Assembly: GCA_017656425.1 (NCBI GenBank)
Contig: JACDNV010000002.1
Location: 183,512-247,511 of the forward strand
Direction: 5' to 3'
Length of the DNA stretch: 64,000 nucleotides
Origin: Fidelibacterota bacterium
Lineage (GTDB): Bacteria; Fidelibacterota; UBA2242; B5-G15
Part shown: positions 44,017 through 54,096 of the stretch, in pieces
Layout: each line of letters starts with the position of its first letter
How positions within the stretch are numbered: the first letter of the stretch is position 1
Notes under the pieces: generated by a model
Told to the model about the DNA's origin: nothing
Seen by the model: the letters and a program-made list of their open reading frames with translations, nothing else
Databases searched by the model: none
Made by a program: the position numbers and the translations under genes

Positions 44017-45084
44017 ATGAAGTTATTGAAAATTTCAAACATCATTTTAGTTGTTGTATTGTTTATAGGCAGTTTAATTTTTAATATCTCCTGTCAGAGT
44101 CCAGAAGTCACGTCCGCAAAGGTTTATCTCCAGCAGAATAACCCGGATGCAGCTGAAGAACAGCTTTTAATAGCTCTTGAAAGAGAGCCTGAAAACCCGG
44201 AGGTTACGTATCTTCTTGCTATTGGTGTTTATGCACAGAAAAAGGATTGGGAAAAAGCGAGGTATTACTTAGATGAGACGATAAAAAGAGATACCACATA
44301 TAGGGCAAAGGTTGATGATGCTAAGAAAAGAATATGGAATGAAATCCATAATGAAGGTGCAAATTATTTTAACGAAGCCCTAAATGCAATACTGGACATA
44401 GAAAAGGATTCATTATTAGAGGAAGCTGCGAATAGATTTGAAAAGGCATTGCTTTTTTCCGGTACAGAGGCACCTACATATAATGGATTGATAAAATGCT
44501 ATTATATGTTAGGAGATACAGATAATGTTATAAAGACTGGTCAGAAAGCTCTCGAAAATGGGATATTTGACAAGGATGTATTCTTCTATTATTCGCAGGC
44601 TTTATGGAGTAGAGGTCAGCAGGATATAGTTCTTGAACAGCTTGATAAAGCCTTGGAAGAGCATCCGGATATTCGCGAGTTATATGTGCTAAAGATTCAG
44701 TTTCTTGCTGATTTAAATAGAAACGAAGAGGCTTTGAAGTATGCCAAAATTCTCGCTGATAAGTATCCCGATGATTTGGATGTGAAGTTCATTCTAGCTC
44801 AATTGTATGCGAGAGCTGGTTATTTAGATGAGGCAAAGGTAGAATATCAGAAAATACTGGCGGAAAATCCGGAGGATCTTGAAGTCCTTCAGAGAATCGC
44901 AAAAGCCTATTTTGATTCTAAGGATTGGCCTATGGCTGAGATGTATGCAAGGAAAATAGTTGAATTAGAACCAAATGACCCATACGGTTATGAGGTTTTA
45001 TGGAAGTCGATATATAATCAGGGTAGACTTGAAGAAGCTCAAAAATATAGAGCTATAGAAAAGAGTTTACGAGGTCAACAATAA
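44017..45084 (+). CDS. TPR-repeat lipoprotein
   Basis: Signal peptide + lipobox (NISC), multiple TPR helices. Confidence 0.6.
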   Translation: MKLLKISNIILVVVLFIGSLIFNISCQSPEVTSAKVYLQQNNPDAAEEQLLIALEREPENPEVTYLLAIGVYAQKKDWEKARYYLDETIKRDTTYRAKVDDAKKRIWNEIHNEGANYFNEALNAILDIEKDSLLEEAANRFEKALLFSGTEAPTYNGLIKCYYMLGDTDNVIKTGQKALENGIFDKDVFFYYSQALWSRGQQDIVLEQLDKALEEHPDIRELYVLKIQFLADLNRNEEALKYAKILADKYPDDLDVKFILAQLYARAGYLDEAKVEYQKILAENPEDLEVLQRIAKAYFDSKDWPMAEMYARKIVELEPNDPYGYEVLWKSIYNQGRLEEAQKYRAIEKSLRGQQ

Positions 45085-45090
45085 TTTTTA

Positions 45091-45987
45091 TTATCTTAAC
45101 TTAGCACGTTTTTTGAGAAATTCAGTCAGTGCAATACCTACGTTTTGGTCAGTTCTTAATTGTGCAAAGTCTATTTTATTCTGACTTAATTCTTTTTTAT
45201 AAAAAGATATAATACCAAAAATAGTTTTTATATATGAATCTCTTATATACCATGGTTGGCTTATAATCGAATCACCTGTTTCTCTATCCACAAATTTTAT
45301 GTTATCTTTGTAACGAAAGTTTAGCTCCTGTGGATCTAATATTTGAAAAACTATTACCTCATGCTTTTTGTGTTTGAAATGTTTTAGCCCCTGTACTATT
45401 TCATAGGGATCATCCATTAAATCTGAAATAAGAATAATTAATCCTCTTTTTTTGATTTTTTCTGCCATTTCATGAATGATTGGGGCTACTTTTGTCTCCC
45501 CACCCAATTTAGCATTTTGTATTTCAACAAGAATATTATCCAGATGTCCAAATTTAGCCGATGGGGGTATATATCTATTAATTTTTGTATCAAAAAGTAT
45601 TAGCCCAACCGCATCCTGCTGTTTTAACATCAAATATGAGAGTGCGGAAGAAATGATACCTCCGTATTCAAATTTAGATATTTCATTGGATTTAAATTCC
45701 ATTGATCCACTTTTATCAAGTATTATATAGCATTTAAGATTTGTTTCTTCTTCGAATTGTTTGACGAAGAATCTATCGGTTTTTCCGTAAAGCTTCCAAT
45801 CTATGTGTTTTACCTCATCTCCTGCCATATAGGGTCGGTGCTCTGCAAACTCCACTGAAAATCCATGGTAGGGACTTTTATGGAGACCAATAATAAAACC
45901 CTCTACTGCAAGCCTTGTTCTCAGTTTTATATTATCGAGTTTTGCAAGTACTTGTGGATCAAGATATTTTAGTTTTTCATTATTCAT
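45091..45987 (-). CDS. DUF58-family protein (vWA-like, MoxR-associated)
   Basis: DUF58 pattern downstream of and overlapping a MoxR ATPase. Confidence 0.7.
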   Translation of the reverse strand: MNNEKLKYLDPQVLAKLDNIKLRTRLAVEGFIIGLHKSPYHGFSVEFAEHRPYMAGDEVKHIDWKLYGKTDRFFVKQFEEETNLKCYIILDKSGSMEFKSNEISKFEYGGIISSALSYLMLKQQDAVGLILFDTKINRYIPPSAKFGHLDNILVEIQNAKLGGETKVAPIIHEMAEKIKKRGLIILISDLMDDPYEIVQGLKHFKHKKHEVIVFQILDPQELNFRYKDNIKFVDRETGDSIISQPWYIRDSYIKTIFGIISFYKKELSQNKIDFAQLRTDQNVGIALTEFLKKRAKLR

Positions 45988-46979
45988 ATGGTTTTTATTA
46001 GCCTTTCTATTATATGATCAGTACTAATTCCTTCCGCTTCTGCATTAAAATTCTTGATAATTCTGTGTCTTAAGACTGGAAGTGAAATTTTAATAACATC
46101 ATCTATTTCTGGGGAGGGTCTACCATCGAGTAAAGCTACTGCCTTTGCTGCAAGAATAAGATATTGACTTGCTCTTGGGCCGGCTCCCCATTCAACCCAC
46201 TCATTTATGAAATCAGGGCAGCCATCTCTGCCTGGGCGAGAATTTGCTGACAATTTGACGGCAAAATCGATAACATTATCCGAAACAGGGACCTGCAGGA
46301 TCAGACCCTGAATTTCAATTATTTCATCCTTTGAAACGATTTTTTCTAAGGTTGATAGAGGAGCTGAAGTTGTTGTTTTTACAATTTCTTTTTCCTCTTT
46401 AAAAGAAGGATAGTCTACATTGAGACAGAACATAAACCTATCCAATTGAGCCTCTGGTAATGGATATGTTCCTTCCTGTTCAATCGGATTCTGAGTGGCA
46501 AGTACAAAAAATGGTTCCTCCAGGATGTATGTTTTACCAGCTGCCGTTACACGATGCTCCTGCATTGCTTCTAGGAGGGCAGATTGAGTCTTGGGTGGCG
46601 TCCTGTTTATTTCATCCGCAAGGATAATATTGGCGAAAATGGGTCCTTTATAGAATTTAAATGATCTTTTACCACTTGCTTTATCCTCTTCAATAATTTC
46701 AGTCCCTACGATATCACTGGGCATCAGATCGGGAGTAAATTGAATTCTTGAAAACTTTAGATCCAAGATTTCGGATATTGATTTTATTATCAATGTTTTG
46801 GCAAGTCCAGGGACACCTATTAGCAGGCAGTGTCCGCGGCAAAAGATTGCAATAAGTATTTTTTCAATAATTTCCCTCTGACCTACGATTCTTTTCCCTA
46901 TTTCATTAAATATTCTTGCTTTTATATTGATAATCTTATCTAAAATGCCAATATCGTTATTTAATTCTACTTTTTTCAT
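45984..46979 (-). CDS. MoxR-family AAA+ ATPase
   Basis: Walker A GVPGLAKT, Walker B ILADEINR, AAA_3 architecture, 331 aa. Confidence 0.85.
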   Translation of the reverse strand: MKKVELNNDIGILDKIINIKARIFNEIGKRIVGQREIIEKILIAIFCRGHCLLIGVPGLAKTLIIKSISEILDLKFSRIQFTPDLMPSDIVGTEIIEEDKASGKRSFKFYKGPIFANIILADEINRTPPKTQSALLEAMQEHRVTAAGKTYILEEPFFVLATQNPIEQEGTYPLPEAQLDRFMFCLNVDYPSFKEEKEIVKTTTSAPLSTLEKIVSKDEIIEIQGLILQVPVSDNVIDFAVKLSANSRPGRDGCPDFINEWVEWGAGPRASQYLILAAKAVALLDGRPSPEIDDVIKISLPVLRHRIIKNFNAEAEGISTDHIIERLIKTI

Positions 46980-46982
46980 AAA

Positions 46983-47804
46983 TTATTCCTTTCTGTTTGG
47001 TTTATCCAGTTGTTCTGGTTTTTGTAATCTATGTACGGCTCCAAGCACGAATTTACTTATCTGTGCTCCATCAACTATTCTGTGATCGAAAGTACCTCCA
47101 AAAGGTAAAATTGAACGTATTTTTATTTCTCCATTTATCACTACAGGCTTATCCTGTATTTTCCCTATCATTATCACAGCCGGAACTCTCCCCAATGGAA
47201 ATAGAGCTCCCAGACCTACCGTAAGTCCCAGACTACCGATATTTGAAAGTATCAAACTACCAAAGGGGTCACTGGGTATATTAAGAAATGGAAATTTTAA
47301 ACCCAGATCATACACCCAGAACTTGATCAGTTTAACGAACCACGTTCTGAAAGGCCATGGAATTTTTGATAGAAACTTTTTAGCATCAAACCCCTCTAAT
47401 TCTTCTCCTTTTAATCGTATTTTTTCAACCTCTTCATTTAATTTATCACAGATTTCGCTTACTGAGAGCTCATTAGCCTTCTTTATAATAACAGCAGTCA
47501 TTTCTGTTCCCTCGTCTATTGACACCGATATACAAATATTAACATTTTTTCTGAACTTGAATTTCCCCCTTGTTATGTAGCAGTTTATTTCAGGTACATC
47601 CTCATGCAGAGTCCTTGCCAGGGCCGCTATCACAAAGTGTGTGATAGTGAGTTTTTTACCCTTTCCCTTGGCTTTTTCAATATAGTTTAAAACATCTGTG
47701 ACATCGACTTCAAAAGTACCATATATTTTGCTATCGGATGGTGCTTTGTATGCTGATATTGCAAGTAGTCTCCATGGACTTATATAGTTTTGTTTTTCAT
47801 TCAT
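46983..47804 (-). CDS. Stand-alone 2-oxoacid dehydrogenase E2-type acyltransferase catalytic domain protein (no lipoyl or E1/E3-binding domain)
   Basis: C-terminal catalytic motif TFDHRIVDGAQ (DHRxxDG) and CAT-like fold length; 273 aa; 4-nt gap to moxR. Confidence 0.6.
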   Translation of the reverse strand: MNEKQNYISPWRLLAISAYKAPSDSKIYGTFEVDVTDVLNYIEKAKGKGKKLTITHFVIAALARTLHEDVPEINCYITRGKFKFRKNVNICISVSIDEGTEMTAVIIKKANELSVSEICDKLNEEVEKIRLKGEELEGFDAKKFLSKIPWPFRTWFVKLIKFWVYDLGLKFPFLNIPSDPFGSLILSNIGSLGLTVGLGALFPLGRVPAVIMIGKIQDKPVVINGEIKIRSILPFGGTFDHRIVDGAQISKFVLGAVHRLQKPEQLDKPNRKE

Positions 47805-48100
47805 AAAGTTACCTCGTCACAATTAACAGTGTAATTTAAGATTACATTGTTATAATCTCCATTAAAAACAGGTAATTTTAGTTTGATTTGGAATTTTATC
47901 GATGATGGGGGATATTTTTACTACCGTAGTATCTATAATATTGTTGAAACTTAAAAAAATGTATATCATAAATTATTTAGTGTATGATTAAAGAATTTTA
48001 GTAAATTATATTAAAATTGTTAGTGGAGATTATTTGTGAGTTCAGAATGTATTTTAAGAGCAGTTAAAGAGGCAGGCTGTTCTAATATAACTATTTCTGA

Positions 48101-49636
48101 GTGGTGGGTATGAACATTCTACTCCTTTCTATGCCCAATGTGATAATAGCCTTTAATAAGGCGTGTCGGTTTCCTTCTCTTGGATTATCCTCAATTGCAG
48201 GTAATCTAGAAGGTAAGCATAGGGTTTTAATTGTGGATTTAGTCATGTTGAACAAGGGTGATATAAAAGCCTTCTTATATAGAATGTGTAAAGATTTCCA
48301 ACCGGATATTGTTGGTTTAAGCTGTTTTAGTTTTCAGTATAGAACTGCATTAGAAATTGCAAAATTAATCAAGCGCACGAATAATAAAGTAATAACGGTC
48401 TTTGGCGGATACCACCCTACGCTAGCATATAAAATGATACCTGAAGAAGAATTTCAATATATCGATTTTATTGTAAGGAATGAGGGGGAAAAAACGTTTA
48501 ATAAACTGGTAAATCTTTTAAAAAGAGATGAGGTTTATGATATCCCTGGAATATCTTATAAATATGAAGGTAAAATTATCCATAAACCTCCAGTTAAAGT
48601 TCTTGATACTGAAGAAATAAATTTACCCAATAGGGATGTAAGATTTTTTAAAAATTATAAAGCATGGGGGCTAAAAGCCGATGTCGCTGAAACCTCACGA
48701 GGGTGTACTTTTAACTGTGATATATGTTCAATTACTGGGATGTACGGTAGAACCTTTAGGAAGTTTTCTGTCAAAAGAATTATTGAAGATTTAAAACAGA
48801 TGAAGAAAATGGGGAACAGAGTAATATTTTTTGTTGATGATAATATAACACTTGATTTGAATCATCTTGAACAGGTTTGTGATGCTATCATATATGAAAG
48901 ATTAAATGATATTCATTATATAACGCAGGCAAGTGTATATGGAATAGCTTCAAGTGCGAAGATCGTTAGAAAAATGGCAAGAGCTGGTTTTAAAACGATC
49001 TTTCTTGGTATTGAAAATGTATCCCGGAAAAATCTTAATTTTATAAACAAGAATACTCTTGTAACAGAGGAATTGACCGTCCAGGCTGTAAGGTACCTAA
49101 AAGAGAATAAGATCATAGTTTTAGGTTCGGTAATTGTGGGTAATCCTGATGACACTGAGGAGGATATATGGGAAAACTTTAGATTTCTTAAAAGACTTAA
49201 TGTTGATGCACCTCTTATTTTTACTCCTACACCTCATATTGGAACAGCTTTGAGAGGAAAACTCATACATCAGGGTTATATAACAAATCCAAATGACTTA
49301 ACATGGTATAATGGAGTTAAGGCGAATATAAGAACAAAGTTTTTAACAACAGAAAAGATTAATAAATTAGTACTGAAAATGTACCGATATTACCCTGGAT
49401 TTAAATATTTTTTTACGAATAATATTTTAAGAAACTATCCAGGATATTATATCAGAAGATTTTTTATCGAACTATATGAGATAATTAGTGATTATATAAA
49501 AGTTATATTTGGAAAGTTAAGCGTAGATTTATTAAAAAGAGCATTTCAAAAAGATTATGAAAGAAGAAAAAGGTGGTTACTGGATGATTTTCAAAAAAAA
49601 TGCGACTGCTGCAATTGCGTTTATTACAGGGGTTAA
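48101..49636 (+). CDS. B12-binding-domain radical SAM (class B) enzyme, function unknown
   Basis: N-terminal Rossmann-like B12-binding region, CTFNCDIC (CxxxCxxC) radical SAM motif, C-terminal CDCCNC tail. Confidence 0.8.
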   Translation: MVGMNILLLSMPNVIIAFNKACRFPSLGLSSIAGNLEGKHRVLIVDLVMLNKGDIKAFLYRMCKDFQPDIVGLSCFSFQYRTALEIAKLIKRTNNKVITVFGGYHPTLAYKMIPEEEFQYIDFIVRNEGEKTFNKLVNLLKRDEVYDIPGISYKYEGKIIHKPPVKVLDTEEINLPNRDVRFFKNYKAWGLKADVAETSRGCTFNCDICSITGMYGRTFRKFSVKRIIEDLKQMKKMGNRVIFFVDDNITLDLNHLEQVCDAIIYERLNDIHYITQASVYGIASSAKIVRKMARAGFKTIFLGIENVSRKNLNFINKNTLVTEELTVQAVRYLKENKIIVLGSVIVGNPDDTEEDIWENFRFLKRLNVDAPLIFTPTPHIGTALRGKLIHQGYITNPNDLTWYNGVKANIRTKFLTTEKINKLVLKMYRYYPGFKYFFTNNILRNYPGYYIRRFFIELYEIISDYIKVIFGKLSVDLLKRAFQKDYERRKRWLLDDFQKKCDCCNCVYYRG

Positions 49637-49638
49637 TA

Positions 49639-50553
49639 ATGGATAATGAAAAAATTGTTGGGAATAATTTTAAAGCAGGTTTCGTTTCTATTATAGGGAA
49701 ACCAAATGTTGGCAAATCTACGCTTATTAACAGATATATTGGTGAAAAAGTTTCGATTGTATCTTCCAAACCACAGACAACAAGAGATAGGATTCTTGTT
49801 ATTCTTACCGAAGAAAACTATCAGATTATTTTTATTGATACACCAGGTATTCACAATCCAAAGCATAAACTTGGTGAACGTATGGTAAAGGAGGCGGAAA
49901 GGGGGATGGAGAATTCCGATGTAGTGGTAGTCCTGCTTGATGCTACAACAGGGATTGCCGAAGAAGATAATATGATATTGAAAGCTGTATCCAGATTGAA
50001 CACTAAGAAAATTCTAACGATTAATAAGATTGATACAGTAAATAAAAAGGATGAATTATTGTCTATTGTTGATAGATCAAAGGCAATATGTGAATTTGAT
50101 GAATATATCCCAATAAGTGCTCTTACAGGGGAAAATACTGATGTATTATTGGAATGTATTGTCAATATGCTGCCTGAGTCCCCTCCTTATTATCCAGTTG
50201 ATCAACTAACGGATAAAACGGAAAGGTTTCATGTGGCGGAAATAATAAGGGAAAAAATACTATTGAATACTCGCGATGAGATTCCCCATTCTATCGCCGT
50301 GGTAATAGAGGATTTTAACGATGAAGAAAGTCCCGATAGAGTGAACATAAGAGCAGTTATATACGTTGAAAGAGAAAGTCAAAAAAAGATAATCATAGGA
50401 AAGCAAGGTTCAATGCTGAAGAAAATCGGTACAGAGGCGAGATTGGATATAGAAAAGTTCCTTGGGAGACATGTTTACCTTGAACTATGGGTAAAGGTAT
50501 ATGAAAAATGGAGAAAGAATGATTATGCATTGAGACTGTTTGGCTATAAATAA
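49639..50553 (+). CDS. era: GTPase Era
   Basis: G1 GKPNVGKST, G3 DTPG, G4 NKID, C-terminal KH domain; start chosen at internal Met (MDNEKIV). Confidence 0.9.
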   Translation: MDNEKIVGNNFKAGFVSIIGKPNVGKSTLINRYIGEKVSIVSSKPQTTRDRILVILTEENYQIIFIDTPGIHNPKHKLGERMVKEAERGMENSDVVVVLLDATTGIAEEDNMILKAVSRLNTKKILTINKIDTVNKKDELLSIVDRSKAICEFDEYIPISALTGENTDVLLECIVNMLPESPPYYPVDQLTDKTERFHVAEIIREKILLNTRDEIPHSIAVVIEDFNDEESPDRVNIRAVIYVERESQKKIIIGKQGSMLKKIGTEARLDIEKFLGRHVYLELWVKVYEKWRKNDYALRLFGYK

Positions 50554-50647
50554 ATAATAGTTTTTAGATTAAGCAAAATTATAAATTGTTTAAAATATTT
50601 ATTGCATTAGTAGAATTAGAATTTTAAAATAAAGCATATTTGATACT

Positions 50648-53134
50648 ATGTTAATAAAAAGAATCCTTTTTATAATAGTTTTTTTGCAAAGTATTGTATT
50701 TGCTCAGAGTAATGCAAGCATTTATGGCTTTGTGCGTGAGAAAGCTACAGGCGAACCGTTATCTTATGTTAATGTTTTTTTGAAGGGGACTGACTTTGGA
50801 GCTCCTACCAATAGTGAAGGCTACTATTCGATTTCATTTGTTCCTGCTGGTGAATATGAAATTGTTGTCTCTATGATTGGTTATGAAACTATCACAAAAA
50901 AGGCGAAAGTTGAAGCAGGGAAGGATTATAGATATGATTTTTTTATGAATATATCGCCTGTAGCTGGGGAGAAAATTACAGTAGTTGCTGAGAGAGAAAA
51001 GTTTAAGGAATCTCTAACAGTAAGTGGTTTTACATTCTCCATGAAGAGTATAAATAGTATCCCAGGGTTTATGGAATCGGATGTATTAAGAGCTATACAG
51101 CATCTCCCAGGAGTGCAATCAATTACTGATTATACGGCGGCGTTGTATGTTAGAGGTGGTACTCCAGATCAAAATCTTGTTATGATAGATGGGATCCCTA
51201 TCTATAATCCATTTCACCTGGGCGCGATTTTTTCAACTTTTAATACCGATGCAATAAAGGAAGCCGAATTTATTGCAGGTGGATTTCCTGTGGAGTATGG
51301 TGATAGGATTGGTTCAGTTATTAATATTGTTCAAAGGGATGGAAATGCTAACCAGATAAAAGGAAATGCCAATGTTTCACTAATTTCAAGTAAGATACTT
51401 TTGGAAGGACCTCTAAAAATTTCTAAAAATATAACAGGTACGTGGATGATAGGAGGCAGGAGAACATATTTTGATAAAATGTTTGATGGGGTAAATTTCA
51501 TAGTTGAAAAAATATCAGGGGAAGAAAATAGTTTAAAATTTCCATATTATTTTTATGATTTTAATAACAAGATAAATTTAAATATAGGAAATAACTACAG
51601 AATCACTTTGATATCGTTTTACGGAGATGATGTGTTTTACTATAAGCATAGAGATGAATATAGCTACGAATACCCGGAATTTAATGAGTATTCGTATCAT
51701 AAAGAGAGTGGTGAATTTACAGTAAAATGGGGTAATCGGGCAAATGGAATCATATGGCGGTGGTTACTGAGCCCAAGATTAGTTGTTAAGAATTATTTGT
51801 ACAACACAAGGTTTAGATTTTTCGTTGATGTATGGGGTAGGGAAAGTGAATATTATATAGCTGAACGAGATACAAATAGATCAAAAGTAAATTATGGTTT
51901 TAATACTTATGATTACATATCTGAAAACTCCTATAATATATCATTTTCCTATAAGTTATCTCCAAAGCATTTGGTATTATCTGGATGTGATATTAAATGG
52001 TATGACTATAATCTTGGAATGGAGATCTATGGTAAGGAATGGGAAGATACTTTATTATATTCAAATATTTATATGAAACCGTTAGATATGAAATATCATC
52101 CATTTGAGTATCATTTTTACATACAGGACAAATGGGAGATAAATCCTTTATTATTCTGCCAATTTGGGTTGAGGAGTTCGAAAAACACAAACCAAACAAA
52201 ATTTTATAATGATCCACGTTTTAATATCAAATACATGATAACAGAAAACTTATCAACAAAGTTTTCATGGGGGATTTATCACCAGTATTTAACAACGGCT
52301 AATCCGCCTGATGAAACCCTTAGACTTCTTGATGTGTGGTTACCTGTGGCTCGTGGTCATTTACCTATTAAAGCAATTCATAATATACTTGGGTTTGAAT
52401 ATCTACTGCCTAATAATTCATATTTCAGAATTGAAGGCTACTATAAAGATTATAAGAATCTACTTGAATTAAAAGCAGAAAAAATAACTGTAGAAGAAGA
52501 GGATGAAGGTATTGTTTTTAAACATGTTAATGAGTTTAGAAATGCAAAGGCTTATTCTTATGGTCTGGAAATATTGTACAAGAAAACGTCTGGCAAAATC
52601 CAAGGCTGGATTGGTTACAGCTATGCAGTTGTAAAGAAAAAATTGGAAGATGGGAATAAATGGTTTTTCCCTAAGTATGATAGGAGACACTCATTAAATA
52701 TTGTGGGATTTATTAAACTGAAAAATAATTTAAAATTAGGTACAACTCTGACATATTGCAGTGGTAATCCATATACTCCGATAGTTGGTAAGATTAAGGA
52801 ATTTTATATATTAATGGGAGGTGGTTATTACAGATATTTTGATTTATATGTCAATAATTTGTGGTTATTGGGAGAAAAAAATAGCGCAAGGTATCCTTAT
52901 TATTTTAGACTGGATATCGGGATAATGAAAAGGAAGGAAAAAAGTTGGGGTTCTTATGAATGGTATTTCCATATTATAAATGTTACAATGAGGTTAAATG
53001 TGATGACTTATATATATGAAGAACCTTATTATGAAGATGAAGTTATATATGAGGGGAAAAAACCTACTGTTGTAAAGTATCCAATACCAATGTTTCCGAT
53101 TATGCCTACATTTGGAGTGAAATTTGAATTCTAA
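50648..53134 (+). CDS. TonB-dependent outer-membrane receptor with N-terminal CarboxypepD_reg-like domain
   Basis: Signal peptide, carboxypeptidase-regulatory-like beta-sandwich, TonB-box-like EKITVVAE, plug, long beta-barrel ending in …FGVKFEF. Confidence 0.7.
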   Translation: MLIKRILFIIVFLQSIVFAQSNASIYGFVREKATGEPLSYVNVFLKGTDFGAPTNSEGYYSISFVPAGEYEIVVSMIGYETITKKAKVEAGKDYRYDFFMNISPVAGEKITVVAEREKFKESLTVSGFTFSMKSINSIPGFMESDVLRAIQHLPGVQSITDYTAALYVRGGTPDQNLVMIDGIPIYNPFHLGAIFSTFNTDAIKEAEFIAGGFPVEYGDRIGSVINIVQRDGNANQIKGNANVSLISSKILLEGPLKISKNITGTWMIGGRRTYFDKMFDGVNFIVEKISGEENSLKFPYYFYDFNNKINLNIGNNYRITLISFYGDDVFYYKHRDEYSYEYPEFNEYSYHKESGEFTVKWGNRANGIIWRWLLSPRLVVKNYLYNTRFRFFVDVWGRESEYYIAERDTNRSKVNYGFNTYDYISENSYNISFSYKLSPKHLVLSGCDIKWYDYNLGMEIYGKEWEDTLLYSNIYMKPLDMKYHPFEYHFYIQDKWEINPLLFCQFGLRSSKNTNQTKFYNDPRFNIKYMITENLSTKFSWGIYHQYLTTANPPDETLRLLDVWLPVARGHLPIKAIHNILGFEYLLPNNSYFRIEGYYKDYKNLLELKAEKITVEEEDEGIVFKHVNEFRNAKAYSYGLEILYKKTSGKIQGWIGYSYAVVKKKLEDGNKWFFPKYDRRHSLNIVGFIKLKNNLKLGTTLTYCSGNPYTPIVGKIKEFYILMGGGYYRYFDLYVNNLWLLGEKNSARYPYYFRLDIGIMKRKEKSWGSYEWYFHIINVTMRLNVMTYIYEEPYYEDEVIYEGKKPTVVKYPIPMFPIMPTFGVKFEF

Positions 53135-54080
53135 GAATATATTAGTTAGTAAAATATTATGTTTGTTTATTTCAATTACATTACTTATGATAAGTGATTG
53201 TTTTAATTATAAACCTGAAGAGGTTACAGCAGATTATGAACCTGAGCTCTTAATCGCAGGCTTTATACGTGTTGATACAATGCCGAGTTTTGTTGTTGTA
53301 AATCGCACATTAAGATTAGATGAGACTGAATCCGTTGTTGTAGATACGGATACAGTATACTGGAATGGATATCGCTATACTGTTTATAAGAAGAAAAGCA
53401 CATGGGATGTTGATAGCGCAGAAGTTATTGTATATGACGGAGATAAAAATTATAGATTTAATCCTTTATGTATAGATGAATTGAGGTATGATAAAGAGGA
53501 TTCTCTTATCTATGAGAAATTAGGAGATTTAAAAGGTTTTTATAGTGTTGATGTAGTCTATGTTGATACTACTTTTAACTTTAAACCTGAAGGAAATAAG
53601 ACATATTACTTAGAAGTAAAGACTAAAGACGGTAAGATAGCTACAGGACAGACGACAACTCCTTCTGAGATATATGTAGATGAAAGCCTTATCCCTGATA
53701 CTCTTTACTATGGTGATGTCGTAAAACTAAAATTCAGAGTAAAAAATGCTAGTTATGTAGAGATTGATGCAGGTTTTTATTATTACGCTACTTACAGACC
53801 TTTTAATTCAGATACGACTATTAATATTTTATTAAAAGATCCCGGATATGATATATATAGTTATTCTTCAACTGATACAATTTATTTTGATATATCGATT
53901 TTTGCTTATGACGAGAATTATTATAAATATTTTATTGAAAGGCCAATAAATGACCTTTTTGTCAGTTTGTTTTTAGGCGAAGGACAACCGGGGTATTCAG
54001 CGGGAGTAGAGGGCAGTTACGGCTTTTTTGCAAGTTACTCTTGTAAATTTGTACTAAGAACCCTTATTAAATCTTATTAA
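53124..54080 (+). CDS. DUF4249-like lipoprotein partner of the TonB-dependent receptor
   Basis: Signal peptide + lipobox (ISDC); 11-nt overlap with the receptor gene; family assignment from remembered genomic association, not from a strong motif. Confidence 0.4.
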   Translation: MNSKNILVSKILCLFISITLLMISDCFNYKPEEVTADYEPELLIAGFIRVDTMPSFVVVNRTLRLDETESVVVDTDTVYWNGYRYTVYKKKSTWDVDSAEVIVYDGDKNYRFNPLCIDELRYDKEDSLIYEKLGDLKGFYSVDVVYVDTTFNFKPEGNKTYYLEVKTKDGKIATGQTTTPSEIYVDESLIPDTLYYGDVVKLKFRVKNASYVEIDAGFYYYATYRPFNSDTTINILLKDPGYDIYSYSSTDTIYFDISIFAYDENYYKYFIERPINDLFVSLFLGEGQPGYSAGVEGSYGFFASYSCKFVLRTLIKSY

Positions 54081-54096
54081 ATGTAAAGAATACCAG

